From: Gammaproteobacteria bacterium
Lineage (GTDB): Bacteria > Pseudomonadota > Gammaproteobacteria > JABABF01
Assembly: GCA_965237805.1 (NCBI GenBank)
Contig: OZ250153.1
Coordinates: forward strand, 1,152,001 to 1,216,000
Reading direction: 5' to 3'
DNA length: 64,000 bases
This document shows, one piece after another, positions 48,950-58,189 of this stretch. The position numbers and the translations under genes are program-made. Within the stretch, counting starts at the first letter, position 1; the number at the start of each line of letters is the position of its first letter. The notes beneath the pieces were generated by a model. The model was not told the origin of the DNA, searched no databases, and worked only from the letters and a program-made list of their open reading frames with translations.

Positions 48950-50671
48950 ATGTCCTACGATCACGAATACGACATCGTCGTCATCGGTAGCGGTAATGGT
49001 GCGCTGACGGCGGCCATCTGCGCTGCCAAGGCGGGTGCACGAACTTTGGTCATCGAAAAGAGCGACCAGTACGGCGGCACCAGCGCCACTTCGGGCGGCG
49101 GTGTTTGGATTCCCAACAACCGCTATGCGGTGGCTGCTGGTGCCGACGATTCGCCCGCGGAGGCCACCACCTATATCCGCCATGTGGCGCGTGAGGAGGT
49201 GCGCGACGAGTTGATTGATGTCTATGTGCGCGAGGGGCCGCGCATGATCGACTATATGCACGAGAACACCGACTGGGTGCGCTACCTGAATTTGGTGCAC
49301 TACCCAGACTACTTCCCCGCCGACCCCGGTGGACGCTCCGGTAACCGCTCGATGGAGCCGGAGCCGCTGGACGGCCTGTTGTTGGGCAAGGATCTGTGGC
49401 AGCTGCGCGAGCAGCATCCGCAGACGCGCCTTCCCGGTGGCATCAATTTCACTCAGGTGGAGGGGCAGGTGTTGCTCGGTGGTTTGCCGGGCTGGAAGCT
49501 GATGATGGCCAAGAGCATCTGGGCTTATTTGTCTGATCTGCGCATGCGAGTGCGCTCTTTACGCGACCGTCGTTTGACCATGGGAAACGCCGGCATCGCA
49601 CGTCTGCGCTTGGCGATGCGCGATCTCGACATCCCGCTGTGGCTCAACTGTTCACTGAGCGAGTTGATCGTCGACGACAGTGGGCGCGTCAGTGGCATCG
49701 TGGCCGAGAAGCAGGGTGAAGGCACGCTGCGCATCGGCACCGCCAAGGGGGTCATCCTCGCTGCCGGTGGCTTTGAGCGCAATGCCGAGCTGCGTGAGAA
49801 ATATTTGCCTGCGCCCACCAACACCCAGTGGAGCGCCGCCAATATGCACAACACAGGCGATGCCATTGTCGCCGCACAGCAGCTCGGTGCCGCCACCTCG
49901 CAGATGGACTGGGGCTGGTGGACAACTACCTGTGTCATCCCCGGTCGCGAGAAGGCGCAGCTGATGATGATCGAGAAATCCATGCCCGGCAATTACACCG
50001 TGAACCAGAAAGGCGAGCGCTTCAGCAATGAGTCGCAGAACTATGTCAGCTTTGTCGAAGACCTTTTCCGGGAGTACAACCAGGGCAATCCCTGTGTGCC
50101 CTGCTACATGATCTTCGATGCCGATTTCCGCAGCGAGCGTCCTTGCGGGCCGGTACCCCAAGGCAAGCTATTCCCAGATTTCATGGTGCCCCGTAGCTGG
50201 TGGGACAAATCTTTTTTCAGCAAGGCGCACACCTTGGAGGCGTTGGCGCGCAAGATCGGCATCGATCCGGTCGGTCTGTTGGAGACCCAGAACAAGGTGA
50301 ATGGCTATGCCGAAGAGGGCGTGGACCTGGACTTTCACCGTGGCGAGGACGACTACGACCGCTACTACGGTGATCCCCGCTTCAAGAATCCTTGCCTCGG
50401 CCCGTTGCGCCGACCGCCTTTCTATGCGATGGCGATGTATCCCGGCGAGATGGGCACCGCTGGCGGTTTGGTCATCGACCCGCATGGTCGGGTGTTGCGC
50501 GACGATGAGAACGAGACGCCCATCCCCGGCCTCTACGCCACTGGCAATTGCACCGCTGCGCTGTTGCCGCGCTATCCGGGCCCCGGCTCGACGCTGGGGC
50601 CGGCGATGGTCTTCGGTTACTTGGCGGCGCGGCACGCTATGGGCGTGACCGAAGCCGTGGCAGCCGCCTGA
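48950..50671 (+). CDS. kstD: 3-ketosteroid-Delta1-dehydrogenase-like FAD-binding protein
   Basis: GSGNGA, GGTSATSGGGVWIP, YPDY, F.NES.NY, D.DF.RG...YD.YYGD, YPGPGSTLG. Confidence 0.75.
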   Translation: MSYDHEYDIVVIGSGNGALTAAICAAKAGARTLVIEKSDQYGGTSATSGGGVWIPNNRYAVAAGADDSPAEATTYIRHVAREEVRDELIDVYVREGPRMIDYMHENTDWVRYLNLVHYPDYFPADPGGRSGNRSMEPEPLDGLLLGKDLWQLREQHPQTRLPGGINFTQVEGQVLLGGLPGWKLMMAKSIWAYLSDLRMRVRSLRDRRLTMGNAGIARLRLAMRDLDIPLWLNCSLSELIVDDSGRVSGIVAEKQGEGTLRIGTAKGVILAAGGFERNAELREKYLPAPTNTQWSAANMHNTGDAIVAAQQLGAATSQMDWGWWTTTCVIPGREKAQLMMIEKSMPGNYTVNQKGERFSNESQNYVSFVEDLFREYNQGNPCVPCYMIFDADFRSERPCGPVPQGKLFPDFMVPRSWWDKSFFSKAHTLEALARKIGIDPVGLLETQNKVNGYAEEGVDLDFHRGEDDYDRYYGDPRFKNPCLGPLRRPPFYAMAMYPGEMGTAGGLVIDPHGRVLRDDENETPIPGLYATGNCTAALLPRYPGPGSTLGPAMVFGYLAARHAMGVTEAVAAA

Positions 50672-50681
50672 TGGCCGTGCG

Positions 50682-51470
50682 GTGACACCACAGCCCCCCA
50701 AACCGGCGGCGCGCCTCGAGAGGCGCCGTGCGCTGGTTACCGGCGGTGGCCAGGGCGTGGGGCGGGGCATCGCGCTGGCGTTGGCGGCGGCTGGGGCGCA
50801 CTTGGTGGTTGCCGGGCGCACCGAGAGCAAGCTGGTCAATTGCTGTGAGGAGATCGCCGAGCGCGGCTATCACCAAGCCATCCCGCTAGTCTGCGATGTC
50901 GGCGACGGCGAGCAGGTGCAGGCCTGCGTGGCCAACACGCTGGCGGCGTTGGGCGGTTTGGACATCTTGGTCAACAACGCCCACAGCGTGCCGCTGGGGC
51001 GTCTGTTGGAGGTGGATGACAAGCTGTGGGACATCGGCATGGGCACAGGCCCGCTGGCGACTTTCCGTTTCATGAAAGCGGCCTATCCGGCACTGTGCGA
51101 GAGCGAGCACGCCGCCATTATCAATCTCGGCTCCTCCTCGGCGCTGCGTTGGGACACCGCCACCTACGGTGTCTACGCCGCCACCAAGGAGGCCGTGCGC
51201 GCGCTGACCCGCGCCGCCGCCAACGAGTGGGGATCAGATGGCATCCGCGCCAATTGTGTGTTGCCGATTGCGATGTCGCCGGGCATGGAGTGGTGGTGCG
51301 CGAACAATCCCGAGGAATCCAAGGCTTTCCTTGCCACAGTGCCGCTGGGCCGCGTCGGCGACTGTGAGACCGATATCGGCCACGCGGTGGCTTTTTTGTG
51401 TAGCGACGACGCCCGCTACATCACCGGCCAATCGCTGCTGCTGGACGGCGGACAGGCGAGGTTGGGGTGA
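50682..51470 (+). CDS. Short-chain dehydrogenase/reductase
   Basis: TGGGQGVG, ILVNNA, YAATK, YITGQ. Confidence 0.9.
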   Translation: MTPQPPKPAARLERRRALVTGGGQGVGRGIALALAAAGAHLVVAGRTESKLVNCCEEIAERGYHQAIPLVCDVGDGEQVQACVANTLAALGGLDILVNNAHSVPLGRLLEVDDKLWDIGMGTGPLATFRFMKAAYPALCESEHAAIINLGSSSALRWDTATYGVYAATKEAVRALTRAAANEWGSDGIRANCVLPIAMSPGMEWWCANNPEESKAFLATVPLGRVGDCETDIGHAVAFLCSDDARYITGQSLLLDGGQARLG

Positions 51471-51513
51471 GGGTTGGGGCAATATGCGCCAGCGGCAACA
51501 ACGCGTCGCCTCC

Positions 51514-52569
51514 TTAGGCTGATCCGTAGCGCTTCCTCCAATAGCGCATCAAGCGGTTTAGTAGCCGAATTGGTAGTGTTTTAATTGGTACTATTCCAAG
51601 ATGTACCCACCACCACTTCAGTATCATCATGCGTCCCGCCCATGTTTGGGTGATCGGTGGGGGGGTGCCCCGGTCTATGCGCTCCACGATTTGATCTATG
51701 CGCTCTAATATCGCTTCAGGAGAATGCTCATAAGAAAACAATTTGGAGTCTGGCAATACGGCTGGCTGTTCAGTGTATTGGCGGTAGAGTTCAGGGTTGC
51801 CCTCCACCTCCATGACATGGTCAATCACGGCATCCAGATCGTCGTAGTCATGGCAGTTGATAAAGCGTGCCGGGTTGAAATACTCGCTGATTCGCGTGCT
51901 GCCGTAGTAAATTGGGATACTGCCGGCCATCAATGCTTGCGGCAATTTTTCCGCCATGAAAAAAGGAGCACTTATGGTTTCAAAACATATGCTGAATCGG
52001 TAGTGTTTTAAAAATTCCATTTTGTTATTAAAATCAGGACAATTGGGATCATCTGGTGATGGCATATTGTTCAGTACTTGGCCGGGAGAATCGACATGTT
52101 TTCGCGCCGTCAGCGCACGGAAAAAATTGGCGCGCAATTCGGCTGTGCTAACCCCCTGATTTCTATGAAAGAAATTGCAGAAGCGGTCTTTGGGATGAGC
52201 AGTCAATTCATCGCAATAACTAGACTCTCCGCGCAACCATGCCGGAAAAGGCTCGTCCCACACATATTTCCAGTAGTGGAGGTGTGTAGCATCCGTAGGC
52301 TCGGGGCTAACAGCATAGTCACATAAAAACCCGCGGTTGCGATACCACAGCGGATGTTCAACTCCTAACCAACACTTGATGCAATCGTAGCGCGAATGCT
52401 TCCGTCCCCAGCTATCTGAACAAAACAGCAGTTCAGGTTCTTGGCTATGCTCCAAGTCGTATTTCGTGCTGAGGACATCAAAAAATCCCTTATGTAATAC
52501 CGCTGGCGCATCTTTGGCTTCGTGAGGCCAGAAGTCTGTCAAGGCAATTTTCAGTTTTCGTTTCGTCAT
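51514..52569 (-). CDS. GT10 alpha-1,3-fucosyltransferase-like protein, copy 1
   Basis: FCNF...R..FF..L...K.VDSPG...NN...K.EF.K.YRFSICFE......EKL..A..AG.IPIY.G...FNP..FIN. Confidence 0.88.
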   Translation of the reverse strand: MTKRKLKIALTDFWPHEAKDAPAVLHKGFFDVLSTKYDLEHSQEPELLFCSDSWGRKHSRYDCIKCWLGVEHPLWYRNRGFLCDYAVSPEPTDATHLHYWKYVWDEPFPAWLRGESSYCDELTAHPKDRFCNFFHRNQGVSTAELRANFFRALTARKHVDSPGQVLNNMPSPDDPNCPDFNNKMEFLKHYRFSICFETISAPFFMAEKLPQALMAGSIPIYYGSTRISEYFNPARFINCHDYDDLDAVIDHVMEVEGNPELYRQYTEQPAVLPDSKLFSYEHSPEAILERIDQIVERIDRGTPPPITQTWAGRMMILKWWWVHLGIVPIKTLPIRLLNRLMRYWRKRYGSA

Positions 52570-52756
52570 GATATTAGCGATCTTTTTGCCACAGCATTGG
52601 ATGGTTTTGGCAATGATCAGATCTGAGGGGGTTCAATCTCCTGATCCACCCCCACTGGATTTGCACTCTTTGCACTCGTGGCTGAGTACTTGCCAGTATA
52701 CTCAATTAGTGTGATGTTGACAGCAGGATGATTGCTGCTCGCAACGCGTCGCCTCC

Positions 52757-53818
52757 TTAGGCTGATCCGTAGCGCTTCCTCCAATAGCGCATAAAGCGGT
52801 TTAGTAGCCGCATTGGTAGTGTTCTAATTGGTTTTCTTCTAAGATATCCCCACCACCACCTCAGTATCATCATGCGTCCCGCCCATGTTTGGGTGATCGG
52901 TGGGGGGGTACCCCGGTCTATGCGCTCTACGATTTGATCTATGCGCTCTAATATCGCTTCAGGAGAATGCTCATAAGAAAACAATTTGGAATCTGGCAAT
53001 ACGGCTGGCTGTTCAGTGTATTGGCGGTAGAGTTCAGGGTTATCCTCCACCTCCATGACATGGTCAATCACGGCATCTAGATCGTCGTAGTCATGGCAGT
53101 TGATAAAGCGTGCCGGGTTGAAATATTCACTGATTCTCGTACTGCCGTAGTAAATTGGGATACTGCCGACCATCAATGCTTGCGGCAATTTTTCTCCCGT
53201 GTAAAAAGGAGCGCTTATGGTATCAAAACATATGCTGAATCGGTAGTGCTTTATAAATTCCATTTTGTTCTTCCAATGGAAACAATTATGATAATCTAGT
53301 GGTGGCATATTGTTTAGTAATCTGCCGGGAGAATCGACATGTTTTCGCGCCGTCAGCGCACGGAAAAAATTGGCGCGTAATTTGGCTGTGGTAACCCCCG
53401 GCATTTTCTGACAGAAATTGCAGAAGCGGTCTTTGGGATGAGCAGTCAATTCATCGCAATAACTAGACTCCCCGCGCAACCATGCCGGGAAAGGCTCGTC
53501 CCACACATGTTTCCAGTAGTGGAGGTGTGTAGCATCCGTAGGCTCGGGGCTAAAAGCATAGTCACATAAAAAGCCGTGATTTCGGTAAACACCCGGGGAT
53601 TCCCATCCCAACCAACACTTGATGCAATTGTAGTGCTGGTGTTCCATGAGGTATACGGAGTGATCTGAACAAAACAGCAGTTCAGGTTCTTGGCTGCGCT
53701 CCAAGTCGTATTTCGTGCTGAGGACATCAAAAAATCCCTTATGTAATACCGCTGGCGCATCTTGGGCTTCGTGAGGCCAGAAGTCTGTCAAGGCAATTTT
53801 GAGTTTTCTTTTGGCCAT
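52757..53818 (-). CDS. GT10 alpha-1,3-fucosyltransferase-like protein, copy 2
   Basis: Same motifs as copy 1; FDTISAPFYTGEK variant. Confidence 0.88.
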   Translation of the reverse strand: MAKRKLKIALTDFWPHEAQDAPAVLHKGFFDVLSTKYDLERSQEPELLFCSDHSVYLMEHQHYNCIKCWLGWESPGVYRNHGFLCDYAFSPEPTDATHLHYWKHVWDEPFPAWLRGESSYCDELTAHPKDRFCNFCQKMPGVTTAKLRANFFRALTARKHVDSPGRLLNNMPPLDYHNCFHWKNKMEFIKHYRFSICFDTISAPFYTGEKLPQALMVGSIPIYYGSTRISEYFNPARFINCHDYDDLDAVIDHVMEVEDNPELYRQYTEQPAVLPDSKLFSYEHSPEAILERIDQIVERIDRGTPPPITQTWAGRMMILRWWWGYLRRKPIRTLPMRLLNRFMRYWRKRYGSA

Positions 53819-54012
53819 GATATTGGGGATCTTTTCGCCACAGCATTGGGCGGTTTTGGCAATGATCAGATCTGAGGGGGTTCAATCTCCTGATCTACTC
53901 CCACTGGATTTGCACTCTTTGCACTCGTGGCTGAACGCCTGCCAGTGTACTACAATTAGAGTGACGTTGATCAGCAGGATGATCGCTGCCCGCAATGTGT
54001 CACCCCTTAGGC

Positions 54013-55056
54013 TTAGCAGTAGTGCTTCCTCCAATAGCGCATACAGCGGCTTGGTAGTGTTCTAATTGGTTCTCTTCTAAGATATCCCCACCACCACTTC
54101 AGTATCATCATGCGTCCCGCCCATGTTTGGGTGATCGGTGGGGGGGTGCCCCGGTCTATGCGCTCTACGATTTGATCTATGCGATCTAATATCGCTTCAG
54201 GAGAATGCTCATAAGAAAACAATTTGGAATCTGGCAATACGGCTGGCTGTTCAGTGTATTGGCGGTAGAGTTCAGGGTTATCCTCCACCTCCATGACATG
54301 GTCAATCACGGCATCTAGATCGTCGTAGTCATGGCAGTTGATAAAGCGTGCCGGGTTGAAATACTCGCTGATTCGCGTACTGCCGTAGTAAATTGGGATA
54401 CTGCCGACCATCAATGCTTGCGGCAATTTTTCTCCCGTGTAAAAAGGAGCGCTTATGGTATCAAAACATATGCTGAATCGGTAGTGCTTTATAAATTCCA
54501 TTTTGTTCTTCCAATTGACAGAATTATAATTATCTAGTGGTGGCATATTGTTTAGTAATCTGCCGGGAGAATCGACATGTTTTCGCGCCGTCAGCGCACG
54601 GAAAAAATTGGCGCGTAATTTGGCTGTGCTAACCCCCGGCATTTTCTGACAGAAATTGCAGAAGCGGTCTTTGGGATGAGCAGTCAATTCATCGCAATAA
54701 CTAGACTCCCCGCGCAACCATGCCGGGAAAGGCTCGTCCCACACAAATTTCCAGTAGTGGAGGTGTGTAGCATCAGTAGGCTCGGGGCTAACAGCATAGT
54801 CACATAAATATCCGTGATTTCGGTAAACACCCGGAGATTCACAGCCCAACCAACACTTAATGCAATTGTATCTCTTGTGATCCATTTGGTACACGGAGCT
54901 ATCTGAACAAAACAGTAGTTCTGGTTCTTGGCTATGCTCCAAGTCGTATTTCGTGCTGAGGACATCAAAAAATCCCTTGTGGAATACCGCCGGCGCATCT
55001 TGGGCTTCGTGATGCCAGAAGTCTGTCAAGGCAATTTTCAGTTTTCGTTTCGTCAT
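54013..55056 (-). CDS. GT10 alpha-1,3-fucosyltransferase-like protein, copy 3
   Basis: Same motifs as copy 1; FDTISAPFYTGEK variant. Confidence 0.88.
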   Translation of the reverse strand: MTKRKLKIALTDFWHHEAQDAPAVFHKGFFDVLSTKYDLEHSQEPELLFCSDSSVYQMDHKRYNCIKCWLGCESPGVYRNHGYLCDYAVSPEPTDATHLHYWKFVWDEPFPAWLRGESSYCDELTAHPKDRFCNFCQKMPGVSTAKLRANFFRALTARKHVDSPGRLLNNMPPLDNYNSVNWKNKMEFIKHYRFSICFDTISAPFYTGEKLPQALMVGSIPIYYGSTRISEYFNPARFINCHDYDDLDAVIDHVMEVEDNPELYRQYTEQPAVLPDSKLFSYEHSPEAILDRIDQIVERIDRGTPPPITQTWAGRMMILKWWWGYLRREPIRTLPSRCMRYWRKHYC

Positions 55057-55249
55057 GATATTAGCGATCTTTTCGACACAGCATTGGGCGGTTTTGGCAA
55101 TGATCTAATCTGAGGGAGCTCAGTCCCCCGACCCGCCCTCACTGGATTTTCACTTTTTGCATTCGTGGCTGAGTCCTTGCCAGTATACCCAATGAGTGTG
55201 ATGTTGACCAGCAGGATGATTGCTGCTCGCAACGTGTCACCCCTTAGGC

Positions 55250-56284
55250 TTAGCAGTAGCGATTTCTCCAATAGTGTATACAGCGCTTTAGTAGCCGAAT
55301 TGGTAGTGTTTTAAAATATCCCCACCACCACTTCAGTATCATCATGCGTCCCGCCCATGTTTGGGTGATCGGTGGGGGGATGCCCCGGTCTATGCGCTCT
55401 ACGATTTGATCTATGCGCTCTAATATCGCTTCAGGAGAATGCTCATAAGAAAACAATTTAGAGTCTGGCAATACGGCTGGCTGTTCAGTGTATTGGCGGT
55501 AGAGTTCAGGGTTGCCCTCCACCTCCATGACATGGTCAATCACGGCATCTAGATCGTCGTAGTCATGGCAGTTGATAATGCGTGCCGGGTTGAAATATTC
55601 ACTGATTTGCGTACAGCCGTAGTAAATTGGGATACTGCCGGCCATCAATGCTTGCGGCAATTTTTCTGCTATGAAAAAAGGAGCGCTTATGGTTTCAAAA
55701 CATATGCTGAATCGGTAGTGCTTTAAAAATTCCATTTTGTTATTCAAATCGGGACAATTGGGATCATCTGGTGATGGCATATTGTTTAGTATTTTGCCGG
55801 GAGAATCGACATGTTTTCGCGCCGTCAGCGTGCGGAAAAAATTAGCGCGCAGTTTGGGTGTGTAATATCCCACGCTGGACTGAAAGAAATTGCAGAAGCG
55901 GTCTTTGGGATGAGCAGTCAATTCATCGCAATAACTAGACTCTCCGCGCAACCATGCCGGGAAAGGCTCGTCCCACACATATCTCCAGTAGTGGAGGTGT
56001 GTAGCATCAGTAGGCTCGGGGCTAAAAGCATAGTCACATAAAAATCCGTAGTTGCGATACGACAGCGGGGGTTCAGCTCCCAACCAACACTTGATGCAAT
56101 CGTAGCGCCAATGCTTCCGGCGAATGGCATCTGAACAAAATAGCAGTTCAGGTTCTTGGCTATGCTCCAAGTCATATTTCGTGCTGAGGACATCAAAAAA
56201 TCCCTTGTGTAATACCACTGGCGCATCTTTGGCTTCGTGAGGCCAGAAGTCTGTCAAGGCAATTTTGAGTTTTCTTTTAGCCAT
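55250..56284 (-). CDS. GT10 alpha-1,3-fucosyltransferase-like protein, copy 4
   Basis: Same motifs as copy 1; FETISAPFFIAEK variant. Confidence 0.88.
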   Translation of the reverse strand: MAKRKLKIALTDFWPHEAKDAPVVLHKGFFDVLSTKYDLEHSQEPELLFCSDAIRRKHWRYDCIKCWLGAEPPLSYRNYGFLCDYAFSPEPTDATHLHYWRYVWDEPFPAWLRGESSYCDELTAHPKDRFCNFFQSSVGYYTPKLRANFFRTLTARKHVDSPGKILNNMPSPDDPNCPDLNNKMEFLKHYRFSICFETISAPFFIAEKLPQALMAGSIPIYYGCTQISEYFNPARIINCHDYDDLDAVIDHVMEVEGNPELYRQYTEQPAVLPDSKLFSYEHSPEAILERIDQIVERIDRGIPPPITQTWAGRMMILKWWWGYFKTLPIRLLKRCIHYWRNRYC

Positions 56285-56472
56285 GATATTGGTGATCTTT
56301 TCGCCACAGCATTGGGCGGTTTTGGCAATGATCAGATCTGAGGGGGTTCAATCTCCAGATCTGTCCCCACTGGATTTGCACTCTTTGCACTCGTGGCGAG
56401 TACTTGCCAGTGTACTGCTATTGGTGTGATGTTGACCAGTAGGATGATTGCTGCTCGCAACGTGTCGCCTCC

Positions 56473-57534
56473 TTAGGCTGATCCGTAGCGCTTCCTCCAA
56501 TAGCGCATACAGCGGTTTAGTAGCCGAATTGGTAGTTTTCTAATTGGTTTAAAATATCCCCACCACCACTTCAGTATCATCATGCGTCCCGCCCATGTTT
56601 GGGTGATCGGTGGGGGGGTGCCCCGGTCTATGCGCTCTACGATTTGGTCTATGCGCTCTAATATCGCTTCAGGAGAATGCTCATAAGAAAACAATTTAGA
56701 GTCTGGCAATACGGCTGGCTGTTCAGTGTATTGGCGGTAGAGTTCAGGGTTATCCTCCACCTCCATGACATGGTCAATCACGGCATCTAGATCGTCGTAG
56801 TCATGGCAGTTGATAATGCGTGCCGGGTTGAAATATTGACTGATTTGCGTACAGCCGTAGTAAATTGGGATACTGCCGACCATCAATGCTTGCGGCAATT
56901 TTTCTGCCATGAAAAAAGGAGCGCTTATGGTTTCAAAACATATGCTGAATCGGTAGTGCTTTATAAATTCCATTTTGTTCTTCCAATCAGGACAATTGGG
57001 GTCATCTGGTGATGGCATATTGTTCAGTATTCTGCCGGGCGAATCGACATGTTTTCGCGCTGTCAGCGCACGGAAAAAATTGGCGCGCAATTTGGCTGTG
57101 GTAGACCCCGGATGTCCCTGAAAGAAATTGCAGAAACGGTCTTTGGGATGAGCAGTCAATTCATCGCAATAACTAGACTCCCCGCGCAACCATGCCGGGA
57201 AAGGCTCGTCCCATACATATTTCCAGTAGTGGTAGTGGAGGTGTGTGGCATCCGTAGGCTCGGGGCTAAAAGCATAGTCACATAAAAATCCGTAGTTGAG
57301 ATACGACAGCGGGGGTTCAACTCCCAACCAACACTTGATGCAATTGTAGCTCTGGTGTTCCATGAGTATTACGGAGTGATCTGAACAAAACAGCAGTTCA
57401 GGTTCTTGGCTATGTTCCAAGTCGTATTTTGTGCTAAGGACATCAAAAAATCCCTTATGTAATGCTATCGGCGCATCTTTGGCTTTGTGAGGCCAGAAGT
57501 CTGTCAAGGCAATTTTGAGTTTTCGTTTCGTCAT
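56473..57534 (-). CDS. GT10 alpha-1,3-fucosyltransferase-like protein, copy 5
   Basis: Same motifs as copy 1; FETISAPFFMAEK variant. Confidence 0.88.
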   Translation of the reverse strand: MTKRKLKIALTDFWPHKAKDAPIALHKGFFDVLSTKYDLEHSQEPELLFCSDHSVILMEHQSYNCIKCWLGVEPPLSYLNYGFLCDYAFSPEPTDATHLHYHYWKYVWDEPFPAWLRGESSYCDELTAHPKDRFCNFFQGHPGSTTAKLRANFFRALTARKHVDSPGRILNNMPSPDDPNCPDWKNKMEFIKHYRFSICFETISAPFFMAEKLPQALMVGSIPIYYGCTQISQYFNPARIINCHDYDDLDAVIDHVMEVEDNPELYRQYTEQPAVLPDSKLFSYEHSPEAILERIDQIVERIDRGTPPPITQTWAGRMMILKWWWGYFKPIRKLPIRLLNRCMRYWRKRYGSA

Positions 57535-57581
57535 GATATTGGTGATCTTTTCGCCACAGCATTGGGCGGTTTTGGCAACGA

Positions 57582-57995
57582 TCAGATCTGAGGGGGTTCA
57601 ATCTCCTGATCTACCCCCACTGGATTTGCACTCTTTGCACTCTTTGCACTCGTGGCGAGTACTTGCCAGTGTACTGCTATTGGTGTGATGTTGCTCAGCA
57701 GGATGATCGCTGCCCGCCACAGGCTCTGCATCGCGTTGCGGCTTTCCAGCTCCAGCGCGACGCGGTAGCTTTGCTCGCGTACGGCGGTAACTTCTTCTTC
57801 AGACATGGCGGCCAGTGCTGCATTGGATTGCTCACCGTAAACTGCTCTGCAGGCGGTGTTGCTCTGATGGCGCTCGTATTGGTAGTCTGGCAAAGAGTCT
57901 ATTCCGGCACGCTCAGCTGGACAAAGTCGTACAGCACAACGCCCAGCGTGATTGACAGGGCGATGACGGCCACAAAACATACTGCTAGTGCATCA
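57582..57995 (-). pseudogene. Frameshifted small two-TM hypothetical membrane protein
   Basis: One frame reads ALAVCFVAVIALSITLGVVLYDFVQLSVPE-stop. A second frame continues LPDYQYERHQSN...EEEVTAVREQSY...QSLWRAAIILL...HWQVLA. The break is near 57900. Confidence 0.55.
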
Positions 57996-58189
57996 ATGCC
58001 TACGGGGAGCGTTCCATGGCGATGCCTCTATATGGCCTGACGATAGACTTTAGTACGATCTTTTCTGCTGCAGCTGTCATCTGGTTGACCAAGAGCTGGT
58101 GGTGACCATGCGGCGTACTATATGCGGGTGATGTGGGGGCAAGTTGGTCATCTTGAGATGCGGTGCTGCGTTGGTGTCGGAAGCTGCGC

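Larger units (their letters stand above)
51499..57717. repeat. Tandem array of five ~1.24-kb units (GT10 gene plus upstream spacer)
   Basis: Near-identical coding and spacer blocks recur; homology starts at CAACGCGTCGCCTCC (51499) and ends at GATCGCTGCCCGC (57717). Confidence 0.95.

Noticed and set aside
51659-51665. Poly-G/C phase-variation tract in the GT10 genes, as in H. pylori futA
   Set aside because: The run is only 7 nt, encodes Thr/Pro-Pro and is in frame in all five copies
51514-57534. Diversity-generating retroelement acting on the GT10 genes
   Set aside because: No reverse transcriptase or template repeat is in the window, and the differences include indels and block swaps rather than adenine-specific changes
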